A stretch of DNA of 24,000 nt from an uncultured Gammaproteobacteria bacterium (GCA_963729745.1 CAVSPB010000002.1:469151-493150); one strand, 5' to 3'; shown: positions 8,569-16,910, counted from the first letter of the stretch. Numbers and translations: made by a program. The notes: a model not told the origin generated them from the sequence alone.

Positions 8569-8783
8569 GCGTGAATGCAGATCGCTCCATCAGCACGACG
8601 TGCCGGCTGACGTGCCCCAGGTGCGGGCACGTATCGGTCGAAACGATGCCGACGGATGCCTGCACTTACTTCCACGAGTGTGCGGGATGCGGCGCGTTGC
8701 TGCGTCCCATCGCGGGCGACTGTTGCGTGTTCTGCTCCTACGGCTCCGTTCCCTGCCCGCCGATGCAATCCGCCCGGTCGTGA
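8565..8783 (+). CDS. GDCCVxC-domain small cysteine-rich protein
   Basis: ATG 8565 overlaps the upstream TGA (ATGA). The product is 72 aa with 10 Cys (CRLTCPRCG...ACTYFHECAGCG...GDCCVFCSYGSVPCPP). I recognise the GDCCVxC family name, but it has no characterised function. Confidence 0.8.
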   Translation: MSVNADRSISTTCRLTCPRCGHVSVETMPTDACTYFHECAGCGALLRPIAGDCCVFCSYGSVPCPPMQSARS

Positions 8784-8793
8784 CTCGGCAGCC

Positions 8794-9522
8794 TCAGCCG
8801 CCGCCATCTCTCCCCGAGAACCAGTTCACCGCGTATTGCACCAGCTGCGCGCCGGTGGTCAGGTTGAGCTTGCGCTTGATGCGCTGGCGATGCGATTCCA
8901 CCGTCTTGATGCTGAGGTTGAGCGCCTCCGCGGTTTCGCGCGTGCTCGAGCCCTTGCCGATGAGGTGCAGGATCTGCAGCTCGCGGTTGCTCAGCCGATC
9001 GATCGGGTTGGAGGAAATGTACGAGCCGCCCGCGGCGAACTTCTGGATCATGCTGTTGCCGACGGCTTCGCTGACGTAGATGCCGCCTTCCAGCACGCGC
9101 CGCACGGCCACCAGGAACTGCTCGCTCGCCGCCTGCTTCATGATGTAGCCGTTGGCGCCGGCGCTCAGCATGCGCTCGGCGTAAATCGTCTCGTCGTGCA
9201 TCGACAGCACCAGGATCGGCAGCGTCGGATAGTGGGCGCGCGCGTCGCGCACCAGCTCGATGCCGTCGCCCTGCTTGAGCGAGATGTCGACGATGATCGC
9301 GTCCGGGTTGAGGTCCTTGATGGCCGTGCGCGCATCGCGCACGGTCTCGGCCTCGCCGCACACCGACAGGTCGTCTTCCTGGTCGATCAGGCGCCGCAGC
9401 CCCTGGCGCACGATCGGATGATCGTCGACGATCAGCACGCGCCGCGCCTTCTTCTTCGAGGGCGCCACGCCCCCGGCCGCTCCGCTGCCGGCCGGTTTCC
9501 ACGTCGTCTGCTGAATCGTCAT
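8794..9522 (-). CDS. NarL/LuxR-family response regulator (REC + HTH)
   Basis: GGAGGA RBS and ATG 9522; 242 aa. The REC domain shows VLIVDDHPIVRQGL...IIVDISL...VLSMHDE...GYIMK. The LuxR HTH is LSNRELQILHLIGKGSSTRETAEALNLSIKTVESHRQRIKRKL. The start overlaps the kinase stop (ATGA). Confidence 0.92.
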   Translation of the reverse strand: MTIQQTTWKPAGSGAAGGVAPSKKKARRVLIVDDHPIVRQGLRRLIDQEDDLSVCGEAETVRDARTAIKDLNPDAIIVDISLKQGDGIELVRDARAHYPTLPILVLSMHDETIYAERMLSAGANGYIMKQAASEQFLVAVRRVLEGGIYVSEAVGNSMIQKFAAGGSYISSNPIDRLSNRELQILHLIGKGSSTRETAEALNLSIKTVESHRQRIKRKLNLTTGAQLVQYAVNWFSGRDGGG

Positions 9523-11396
9523 TTCGTCTTCCTCCGTGCAATTGGCCTGGGCTCTTCGCCGGCCCGTGTATCGAGTTTGAGCGAACAGGCGACGCGCGTG
9601 CCCTTCGTGGGCTCGGCGTCGACCTGCAATTGCGCGCCGATCATCGCGGCGCGGTAGCGCATGGTGCGCAAACCCATGCCCGCGGCCTTGCCGCCGGGCG
9701 CCTTCAGTCCCTTGCCGTCGTCGCTCACCACGAGGCGGATCTTCGAATCGAGTGCCTCCAGGCGCACTTCCACGCGCCGGCCGCCGCTGTGCTTGGCCGC
9801 GTTGCTGACGGCTTCCTGCGCGATGCGGTAGAGCTGGTAGGCCTGCTGCTCGTTGAGCTGCTGCGACAGGCCGCGCGCGCAGCTCACCGCACATTCGAAT
9901 CCGAACACGTTGCGCGAGGTCTGCGCCAGCTCGAGCAGCGCCGTCTCCAGTCCGCCGCGCTCCAGGGCATAGGCGGATACACCTTGTGCGAGCGCACGGC
10001 AGGATGCCACGGCGTGGCTCAACAGATCGGTCACCGTGGCGAGCTCCGCCGCGAGCTGCGGATAGGCGATGCGGGCCTGCGAGCTGATGCTCTTCATGAG
10101 CAACGCGATGCCGGTGAGCTCCTGCCCCAGCCCGTCGTGCAGATCATTGCCGATGCGCACCTGTTCGCGGTTGGCCACTTCGATCACCTCGCGCTCCAGC
10201 CGCCGGCGCTCGGTGATGTCGCTGAGGAATCCGATGACGCGGTCCACCTTGCCGTCGGACCCGCGCAACCCCAGGCGTCGCGCTTCGATCGTGACGTAGC
10301 TGCCGTCGGGGCGCACCACGCGGTACGAAGCCGGCTCGGCCGCGCCATCGCGCAGGAAGTCGTCGAGCGAGGCTTCGATGCGGTGCCGGTCCCTGGGATG
10401 GACCTTGCCGATCCATTCCTCGCGCGTGCGCAGCTCCGCCGGCGCATAGCCGAACACGTCCTGCGTGGAGCCGGACCAGATGATCTGATTCGATGCCCGG
10501 TCCCAGTCGTACAGCACTTGTCCGGTGGCGCGCGCCGCCGCGTCATAGCGCGCCTTCCACTCGCCGATCTCCACCTCGGCCTCGGCTCGCTCCGTGACGT
10601 CGACGCCGCAGCCGACGTAACCGAGAAAGCCGCCGTCTGCGTCGAAGCGCGGCGCGCCCTGCGCGTCGATCCAGCGGTACTTACCGTCGGCGCGGCGCAG
10701 CCGGTACTCGGCGCGGAACGGGCCGCGCTGCCTGGCGCCGTCGTTGCCGTGCGCGCGCTCCGTTTGCCAGCGGGCGGCGTCGGCCGGATGGACGCAATCG
10801 AGCCAGCCCCAGCCCGCGGCCTGTGTCAGGGTCAGACCGGTAAAGCGCAACCAGGTTTCGTTGAAGTAATTGCAGGCGCCGTCCGGCCCGGACACCCACA
10901 TCAGCACCGGCGCGAGATCGGCCATGCGCTCGAAGCGCCGCTCGCTCTCGCGCAGCTCGCGAGCCGTGCGCTTCTGTACGGAGATGTCGCGCAGGATGCT
11001 CTGGCTGCACTTGCGCCCCTGCGACTCGAGCAAGGCACAACGGCAGTGAATGTCGATGATCCTGCCGTCGCTGCAGCGTACGTGCGTTTCGAAGTCGTCG
11101 TGCCCGGTCTTCAGAAGGCGGGCAATGTGCCCGGCAAACGGCTCGCGGCTCTCGGGCGGGATGTACTCCTCGACCGGCGTGCGTGCGAACTGGTCGCGCG
11201 TATAGCCGAGCATGCGCAGCAGCGCATCGTTGAATTCGATCGGGACGAGATTCTCCAGATCGAGCAGCAGCAATCCGTCCGGCGAGTTGTCGAACAGCAG
11301 CCGGTACTTGATCGCATCGTTCTCCGGAGCGTCGGGCGCCGCCTCGGTTACGAGCTCGTCGGTGCGCAGCTCGTGCAACGGGTGCGGCGCGCTCAT
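9519..11396 (-). CDS. Soluble sensor histidine kinase, 3 PAS + HisKA_3 + HATPase_c
   Basis: 625 aa with no hydrophobic TM segment. Three PAS units each end in a DI(S/T)xR-like motif (RDISVQKR, VDVTERAE, SDITERRR). The H-box is NREQVRIGNDLHDGLGQELTG, and the ATPase N/G boxes are RIAQEAVSNAAKH and DDGKG...GMGL. Confidence 0.9.
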   Translation of the reverse strand: MSAPHPLHELRTDELVTEAAPDAPENDAIKYRLLFDNSPDGLLLLDLENLVPIEFNDALLRMLGYTRDQFARTPVEEYIPPESREPFAGHIARLLKTGHDDFETHVRCSDGRIIDIHCRCALLESQGRKCSQSILRDISVQKRTARELRESERRFERMADLAPVLMWVSGPDGACNYFNETWLRFTGLTLTQAAGWGWLDCVHPADAARWQTERAHGNDGARQRGPFRAEYRLRRADGKYRWIDAQGAPRFDADGGFLGYVGCGVDVTERAEAEVEIGEWKARYDAAARATGQVLYDWDRASNQIIWSGSTQDVFGYAPAELRTREEWIGKVHPRDRHRIEASLDDFLRDGAAEPASYRVVRPDGSYVTIEARRLGLRGSDGKVDRVIGFLSDITERRRLEREVIEVANREQVRIGNDLHDGLGQELTGIALLMKSISSQARIAYPQLAAELATVTDLLSHAVASCRALAQGVSAYALERGGLETALLELAQTSRNVFGFECAVSCARGLSQQLNEQQAYQLYRIAQEAVSNAAKHSGGRRVEVRLEALDSKIRLVVSDDGKGLKAPGGKAAGMGLRTMRYRAAMIGAQLQVDAEPTKGTRVACSLKLDTRAGEEPRPIARRKTK

Positions 11397-14011
11397 GATG
11401 AGACCCCCTGTTGCGCAGTTGTCTCCCCGAGCAGTGGCTGAGGGCAGTTCAGCGTGACACGCACTCCGCCTTCGGCCCCCGCCCCGACCTCCACGTTGCC
11501 GCCGACGATGTGGGCGCGATAGCGCATGATCCTCAGACCCATGCCCTGCGCCAGCTCGACGCCCGGCGCAAGCCCGCGGCCGTTATCGCTCACCGTGAGC
11601 GTGACCTCCTGGCTGGCCGCCTGCAGGTCCACCATCACTTCCGTGGCGTGACCGTGCCGGACCGCATTGGTGATCGCTTCCTGCACGATCCGGTAGAGAT
11701 GATTGCTGGCCGATGCGTCGAGCGTCAGCTGCGGCCATATCTTGCTGCGAAAGCGCACGTTGCAGGCGTACATGTCCGTCGCGCGCGTCGCGAGCGCGCG
11801 CAATGCGAAAGGCAGCCCGCCGCGCTCGATGCTCACCGGCGAAAGCCCGCGCGCCAGCTGGCGCGTGCCCTCGATCGCCTTGTTGACCAGGCCGACGATC
11901 TCTTCCGCGTCGGCGCAAGCCGCATCGCCGTCCTTGCTCAACCTCCCGGTGAGGCCGCGCAGCATCAATGCAATGCCGGTGAGCTCCTGGCCGAGCCCGT
12001 CGTGCAGGTCGTTGCCGATGCGCCGCTGCTCGCGATTGGCGATCTCGATGATCTCGCGCTCCAGTACGCGCCGCTGCGTGATGTCCTCGACGACGGACAG
12101 CAGGTGCGGCTCGCCGCCGATCTCGATGGGCGTGAGCACCACCGCCGCCATGAAGCTCGTGCCGTCGCGGCGCAGGCATTCGTATTCCAGCTCGCAGAAG
12201 CCTTCGGCCTCCACGCGCCGCATCAGCTCGCTGCCGACGGCGGCGTACTCGGTGGCGCTGCGCCGGGTGAGCATGACTCCCGGCCTGCCGATGAGCTCGC
12301 GGGGCTGGTAGCCGGTCAGGCGCGCCATGGCGGTGTTGACCACCTTGATGTTGCGCCTGGAGTCGAGCACCAGGACGCCTTCACGCATCGTATCGAGAAT
12401 CTGCGCCTGGGTGCGCAGGGCTTCCTCGTTGCGGCGCCGTGAAGTGATCTCCGAGCTCGCCACCGTCAATCCCATGATGCGGCCGTCGTCGATCACCGGG
12501 CCGACGCGATTCTCGAACCAGCGCGTTTCGCCGCGCACCACGTCGCGGAACTCGAATACCTGCGGAGCACGGCTCTCGATGACCCGTTGGTACACCGCCT
12601 GCGCCGCAGCCCGATCCGCCGCCGGCACCAGATCGAGCGCGTCGCGCCCGACCAGCTCACCCGGCGCCACGCCCTGGACGGAACGGTTGGAGAACTGCAC
12701 GCGCATCTGCAGATCGAGCATCAGCAACCGGTCTGGAACGCTGTCCGTCACCGCGCGCAGCAGTGCTTCGTTGGCGCGCAGGCGCTGCTCGAAGAGCCTG
12801 CGCTCGGTGATGTCACGCAGATAGGCGGTGAACACCGACTCAGCGCCGAGACGCACCGGAGTGATCTCCAGCTCGAGCGGGAATTCCTCGCCGCCGGCGC
12901 GCATGCCGGTGATCTCGATGCGCTTGCCCATCATGCGCATCTCACCGCTGGCCAGGTAGCGCGCCAGCCCGGCCATGTGCGCCTCACGATAGCGCGCCGG
13001 GACGATGACATCGCGCAGCGGCGTACCCATGACCTGTTCGCGCCGGTAGCGAAAGGTGCGCTCGGCGGCCGGATTGAACTCGATGATCCGGCCCTCTTGA
13101 TTCATGACGATGATGCAATCGAGCGCCACTTCCAGGATAGCTGCGCGGCGCGCGTTGGAGGCGAGGAGCTCGAGCTCGGTGCGCTTGCGCTTGGAGATGT
13201 CATAGACCACACCGACGGTGGTGATGCCGCCGTCCGGCACAGCTCCAACCGGCCGGTTGATGGTGAGGAGCCAGCGTTCGTTGCCGTGCGCATCGACGAT
13301 GCGTATCTCCGCCTCGGTCTGCTCGCCGTGCAGCAGCTCCTTCAGCCGTTTCTTGACGCCTGCATGCTCGTCGGGATGCGCGAACTTCTGCCAGCCGCCG
13401 CAGGCCGCGAACTGCCCGACCGATACGCCGAAAACGTCCTCGAACCCCTCGCTCACCCAGCGCATGCGCATCTGTCCGTCAGGTGTGATTTCGCACTCCT
13501 GGACGAAACCCGGGGTGAATTCCACCACGGTGCGGTAGCGCAGCTCGCTCTGGCGCAAGGCCTCCTTGGCCAGGTCGAGTTGCATCTCGGTGCGCTTGCG
13601 GTCGGTGATGTCGCGGGCGTTGAGCAGGATGCCGCCGACGGTGGGGTCCGCGAGCAGGTTCGCGGCCACGGATTCGAACCAGCACCACGAGCCATCCTCG
13701 TGACGCAAGCGGAATTCGGAACGGGTCTGGCCGGAATGGGACGGATCCGCGAGCAGCAGCGCCAGGCGCTCGGCCATCATCGCGCGGTCGTCCGGGTGGA
13801 CGTAGTCGAACGCCTGCCGGCCGATGAGTCCCTCGCGGGCGTAGCCGAGCACACGCTCGACGTGCAAACTCGAATACATGACCATGCCGTCGGCCCGCAG
13901 CACCAGCAGGATGTCGCGGCTCTGGTCGGCGATCGCCCGCAACAGGCGCTCTTCGGCGAGCCGGTCCGCGGACGTGTGAAGGTGCGCGACGGTGGTGGGA
14001 ACGGCGGTCAT
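11393..14011 (-). CDS. Soluble sensor histidine kinase, 5 PAS + HisKA_3 + HATPase_c
   Basis: 872 aa, ATG 14011, no TM segment. Five PAS units end in RDITDRKR, YDISKRKR, RDITERRL, SEITSRRR and EDITQRRV. The H-box is NREQRRIGNDLHDGLGQELTG and the ATPase motifs are RIVQEAITNAVRH and DNGRG...GMGL. Its stop overlaps the next kinase start (ATGA). Confidence 0.9.
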   Translation of the reverse strand: MTAVPTTVAHLHTSADRLAEERLLRAIADQSRDILLVLRADGMVMYSSLHVERVLGYAREGLIGRQAFDYVHPDDRAMMAERLALLLADPSHSGQTRSEFRLRHEDGSWCWFESVAANLLADPTVGGILLNARDITDRKRTEMQLDLAKEALRQSELRYRTVVEFTPGFVQECEITPDGQMRMRWVSEGFEDVFGVSVGQFAACGGWQKFAHPDEHAGVKKRLKELLHGEQTEAEIRIVDAHGNERWLLTINRPVGAVPDGGITTVGVVYDISKRKRTELELLASNARRAAILEVALDCIIVMNQEGRIIEFNPAAERTFRYRREQVMGTPLRDVIVPARYREAHMAGLARYLASGEMRMMGKRIEITGMRAGGEEFPLELEITPVRLGAESVFTAYLRDITERRLFEQRLRANEALLRAVTDSVPDRLLMLDLQMRVQFSNRSVQGVAPGELVGRDALDLVPAADRAAAQAVYQRVIESRAPQVFEFRDVVRGETRWFENRVGPVIDDGRIMGLTVASSEITSRRRNEEALRTQAQILDTMREGVLVLDSRRNIKVVNTAMARLTGYQPRELIGRPGVMLTRRSATEYAAVGSELMRRVEAEGFCELEYECLRRDGTSFMAAVVLTPIEIGGEPHLLSVVEDITQRRVLEREIIEIANREQRRIGNDLHDGLGQELTGIALMLRGLTGRLSKDGDAACADAEEIVGLVNKAIEGTRQLARGLSPVSIERGGLPFALRALATRATDMYACNVRFRSKIWPQLTLDASASNHLYRIVQEAITNAVRHGHATEVMVDLQAASQEVTLTVSDNGRGLAPGVELAQGMGLRIMRYRAHIVGGNVEVGAGAEGGVRVTLNCPQPLLGETTAQQGVSS

Positions 14012-14247
14012 GGATGCATGAAATTGTTTCGCGCCACCCTGAACGGCGCCATAGGGAATACCCCTAATCCCCGGTGGGCGTCGGGAACCCGTTCACAGCT
14101 TGTCAGTCGGTGTGGTACCCGGGCAGTACGTGCTGCTGGAAATGCCGCGGGGTGCGGCTGTGCGGGTTGTCGCGCCAGACTTCGACGATCGCGGGCAGCT
14201 CGCCGGCCGCCGTGGCGTGAACGTCGAGCCCTTGCGTGGCCGGCTTT

Positions 14248-14946
14248 CTACCCGGGCGATCGGTTGCCGTTGCTGCCGGCAGGTGTACCGGAGCCGCTCA
14301 CCCAGCGGAATGCATACCGCAGCAGCTCGCTGGAAGAATGCAGCCCCAGCTTGTCGCGGATATTGCGGCGGTGCGAGTCGACGGTTTTCTCGCTCATGGC
14401 AAGCGCTTGCGCGATCTCGCGCGTGGCGCGCCCCTGCCCCGTGAGCTCGAGCACTTCGCGCTCGCGCGACGTCAGTGTATCCAGGCCGCTGCCGCTCGCC
14501 CCGCGCGGACGGCTGCGCGCGATCTCCTCGAGGAGCCGCGCGTTCACGGCCTGGCTCACGTAGACCTCGCCGGTGATGACTTTACGTAATGCGCGCAGGA
14601 ACTCGGTGGCGGCTTCCTGCTTCATGATGTAGCCGTGCACGCCGAGGCTCAGCAACCGCTCGGCGTAAAGCAACTCATCGTGCATCGACAGCACGAGAAT
14701 GCGTACCTCGGGACGGGTTTCGCGCAACTTGCGGATCAGGTCCACGCCATCCTCCGCGCCGAGCGTGAGGTCCAGGACGACAACGTCCGGGTGCGACCGC
14801 TCGATCTCGTGCAGCGCGTTGACGATGCTGTCGGCCTGACCGCAAACCTGCAGATCGGAGTGCTGCGCCAGCAGCTCCTGCAGCCCTTCGCGCATCACCG
14901 GGTGATCGTCGACGATCACGATTCTTGCGGCCTTTCGTGACTCCAC
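14248..14946 (-). CDS. NarL/LuxR-family response regulator (paralogue of 8794-9522)
   Basis: GTG 14946 is preceded by GAGGG. The REC domain shows IVIVDDHPVMREGL...VVLDLTL...VLSMHDE..YAERLLSLGVHGYIMKQ. The HTH is LTSREREVLELTGQGRATREIAQALAMSEKTVDSHRRNIRDKL. Confidence 0.9.
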   Translation of the reverse strand: MESRKAARIVIVDDHPVMREGLQELLAQHSDLQVCGQADSIVNALHEIERSHPDVVVLDLTLGAEDGVDLIRKLRETRPEVRILVLSMHDELLYAERLLSLGVHGYIMKQEAATEFLRALRKVITGEVYVSQAVNARLLEEIARSRPRGASGSGLDTLTSREREVLELTGQGRATREIAQALAMSEKTVDSHRRNIRDKLGLHSSSELLRYAFRWVSGSGTPAGSNGNRSPG

Positions 14947-15091
14947 GTCGCTGACCCTCGCGCCTGTGCGTACTTGCGGCTAAGCTCCTCTCTTCTTCTT
15001 ACTTCTTACCACAGCGATCGGGGCCTTGAAAGCGCGCGCGAAGACGAAAGCCAGGCAACGTGGCGTCGTACGCGGCGTGCGGCCCGTGAGC

Positions 15092-15439
15092 ATGCCGGCT
15101 GCATTCCGGCTGCTCCTCGACAGCTCGCCGCTGATGATCTGGTTGTCGGACGCGGACAACCGCTGCGTCTACTTCAACCGGACCTGGCTGGAATTCACGG
15201 GACGTTCACTCGCCGAGGAGCTCGGCGATGGCTGGCTCGAGGGTGTGCATCCGCAGGATCGCGAGTCGATCCGGCAGGACGACCGGCGCGGCTTCGACAG
15301 CCGGCTGGATGACCGCGAGCGGCTGCGCCTGAAAGTGACCCGCCTCGCTCCGGGCGCACCGTCGCAGGCGCTGCACTATCTGTACAGGCGCGGCCAGTGG
15401 GAGCGGCGCGCCGGCGGCAATCCGCCGCTGCGGGCCTGA
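15092..15439 (+). CDS. Short stand-alone PAS-like protein (possibly decayed)
   Basis: The good PAS N-half is FRLLLDSSPLMIWLSDADNRCVYFNRTWLEFTGRSLAEELGDGWLEGVHPQDRE. The C-half (..LRLKVTRLAPGAPSQALHYLYRRGQWERRAGG..) does not look like the usual EYRLRR.DG.YRW strands. The start is uncertain: ATG 15092, in-frame GTGs, or TTG 15026. Confidence 0.5.
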   Translation: MPAAFRLLLDSSPLMIWLSDADNRCVYFNRTWLEFTGRSLAEELGDGWLEGVHPQDRESIRQDDRRGFDSRLDDRERLRLKVTRLAPGAPSQALHYLYRRGQWERRAGGNPPLRA

Positions 15440-15473
15440 CCACCCATGCCCCTCAGCGTCGTATGCCTGGAAG

Positions 15474-16910
15474 ATGACCCGCTCGAACGTCGAGCTGGTG
15501 CGCCACGAGTTGCAGGGACTCGGCGCGGATCTCGAGTGGCACCACGTCTCCACCGAGACAGCCTATCGGCGCGCGCTCGGCGAGTGCGTGCCCGACCTGA
15601 TCCTGGCCGACTACAACCTGCCGGGTTTCGACGGTCTGACTGCGCTGCGGATCGCGCGCGAGCTGCGGCCGTCCGCGCCGTTCATCTTCGTCTCCGGCGC
15701 GCTCGGCGAGGAAATCGCCATCGAGACTCTGAAGAGCGGCGCCACCGACTACGTGCTCAAGAGCCGGTTGAAGCGGCTCGGCCCTGCGGTGGAGCGCGCG
15801 CTCGCCGAATCGCGCGAACGGTTCGAGCGGCGCCGCGCCGAACGCGAGCTCGAGGGCGAGCGGCGCCTGCTCGAGGCGCTGGTCGATACGATTCCCGATG
15901 CGATCTACACCGTGGACCGCAACGAACGGCTGCTGAGGGTGAATCGCGCGCTGCTGGAGATGACCGGCCTGCCGGACGAGAGCGTCATCGGCCGCCGCCT
16001 GTCGGACCTGATCGAAGTCGCGCGCAGTCCCGACCGGCGCGGCACGGAGGACGCCTACCTGATGCGCACCGGGCGGACGATCGTCAACCGCGAGCGCCTG
16101 TGGCGGCTCGCCAACGGCGACAGCCGCTGGTACTCGACCACCAAGGCGCTGCTGCGCGATGCGGCGACCGGCGAGGTCACCGGGCTGGTGTGCGCGAGCC
16201 GCGACGTTACCAGCACGCGCATGCTGGAGCAGGAACTGAGCGAGATCAGCAACCGCGAACAGCGCCGCATCGGCAGCGACCTGCACGACGGCCTCGGTCA
16301 GGAGCTCACCGGCCTGAGCCTGCTGCTGAAGAGCATCGAGACCGCCGTGGCCCGCGATGCACCGCAGCTCGAGCAACAGGTCGTGCGCGTGCGCGAAGTG
16401 CTCACGCAGGCAATCGAGAGCACGCGCGCGCTCGCGCGCGGGCTGGCGCCCGTGAACCTGGAGCGCGGCGGCCTGCCGGCGGCTCTCGAGCATCTCGCGC
16501 GCCAGTGCAGCGGCATCTATGGGCTGCGCTGTGAGTACCGCGGGAGCCTGCGGCCCGAAACCACGATCGACGAAGCCGCGTCCACTCATTTGTATCGCAT
16601 CGCGCAAGAAGCGATCGCGAACGCGGCCAAGCACGCGCAGGCGCGCTCGATCGTGGTCGGCCTGTCGAGTCAGCCGGGTGGGCTGCTGCTCGAGGTGCGC
16701 GACGACGGGCGCGGCATCAGCGATGAGGTGCAGGCCCATCCGCCCGGCATGGGACTGAAGCTCATGGAGTACCGCGCGCGCATGATGTCCGGCGAAGTCA
16801 GCATCACCCGCCCCGAAGGCGGCGGGACGATCGTGAGCTGCGTATGCCCGCTGTCACCCAGCGGCCGCTTCATTCGTCCCCGCGCGCGCTCCGCCGGCAC
16901 CCGCAAATAA
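15474..16910 (+). CDS. Hybrid sensor histidine kinase REC-PAS-HisKA_3-HATPase_c; REC N-terminus displaced into another frame
   Basis: From ATG 15474: REC (DLILADYNLPGFDG, FIFVSG, YVLKS), one PAS, the H-box NREQRRIGSDLHDGLGQELTG, and ATPase motifs RIAQEAIANAAKH and DDGRG..GMGL. The missing REC beta1 (MPLSVVCLEDDP) is encoded from ATG 15446 in the -1 neighbouring frame. Confidence 0.85.
   Translation: MTRSNVELVRHELQGLGADLEWHHVSTETAYRRALGECVPDLILADYNLPGFDGLTALRIARELRPSAPFIFVSGALGEEIAIETLKSGATDYVLKSRLKRLGPAVERALAESRERFERRRAERELEGERRLLEALVDTIPDAIYTVDRNERLLRVNRALLEMTGLPDESVIGRRLSDLIEVARSPDRRGTEDAYLMRTGRTIVNRERLWRLANGDSRWYSTTKALLRDAATGEVTGLVCASRDVTSTRMLEQELSEISNREQRRIGSDLHDGLGQELTGLSLLLKSIETAVARDAPQLEQQVVRVREVLTQAIESTRALARGLAPVNLERGGLPAALEHLARQCSGIYGLRCEYRGSLRPETTIDEAASTHLYRIAQEAIANAAKHAQARSIVVGLSSQPGGLLLEVRDDGRGISDEVQAHPPGMGLKLMEYRARMMSGEVSITRPEGGGTIVSCVCPLSPSGRFIRPRARSAGTRK

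Noticed and set aside
8717-8737. Possible selenocysteine (TGA) recoding in the GDCCVxC motif, as the family name '(seleno)protein' suggests.
   Set aside because: The motif is encoded as ggc gac tgt tgc gtg ttc tgc, which are ordinary Cys codons, and the ORF has no in-frame TGA.
14106-14297. Coding-like frame on the minus strand (..ELPAIVEVWRDNPHSRTPRHFQQHVLPGYHTD*) with GC-rich third positions, in the 237-bp gap between the 5-PAS kinase and the second response regulator.
   Set aside because: The frame contains no ATG, GTG or TTG start. The same-phase plus-strand frame has similar GC3, and I recognise no family. At most it is a gene remnant, and I cannot support it.
9630-14563. Very long plus-strand ORFs (603 aa at 9630-11441; 343 aa at 11411-12442; 658 aa at 12587-14563) opposite the PAS kinases. 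The same pattern occurs at 965-2098 (+) opposite mutY and 15453-16739 (-) opposite the hybrid kinase.
   Set aside because: Their translations are Arg/Ala/Gly-rich low-complexity strings with no recognisable motifs, while the opposite strand encodes full-length, motif-rich proteins. Stop-poor antisense frames are expected in GC-rich DNA.
15000-15006. TACTTCT, matching the NarL heptamer TACYYMT, within a polypyrimidine tract in the divergent promoter region 14947-15091.
   Set aside because: It is a single heptamer without a properly spaced inverted partner. A chance match is likely, and the cognate regulator's specificity is unknown.
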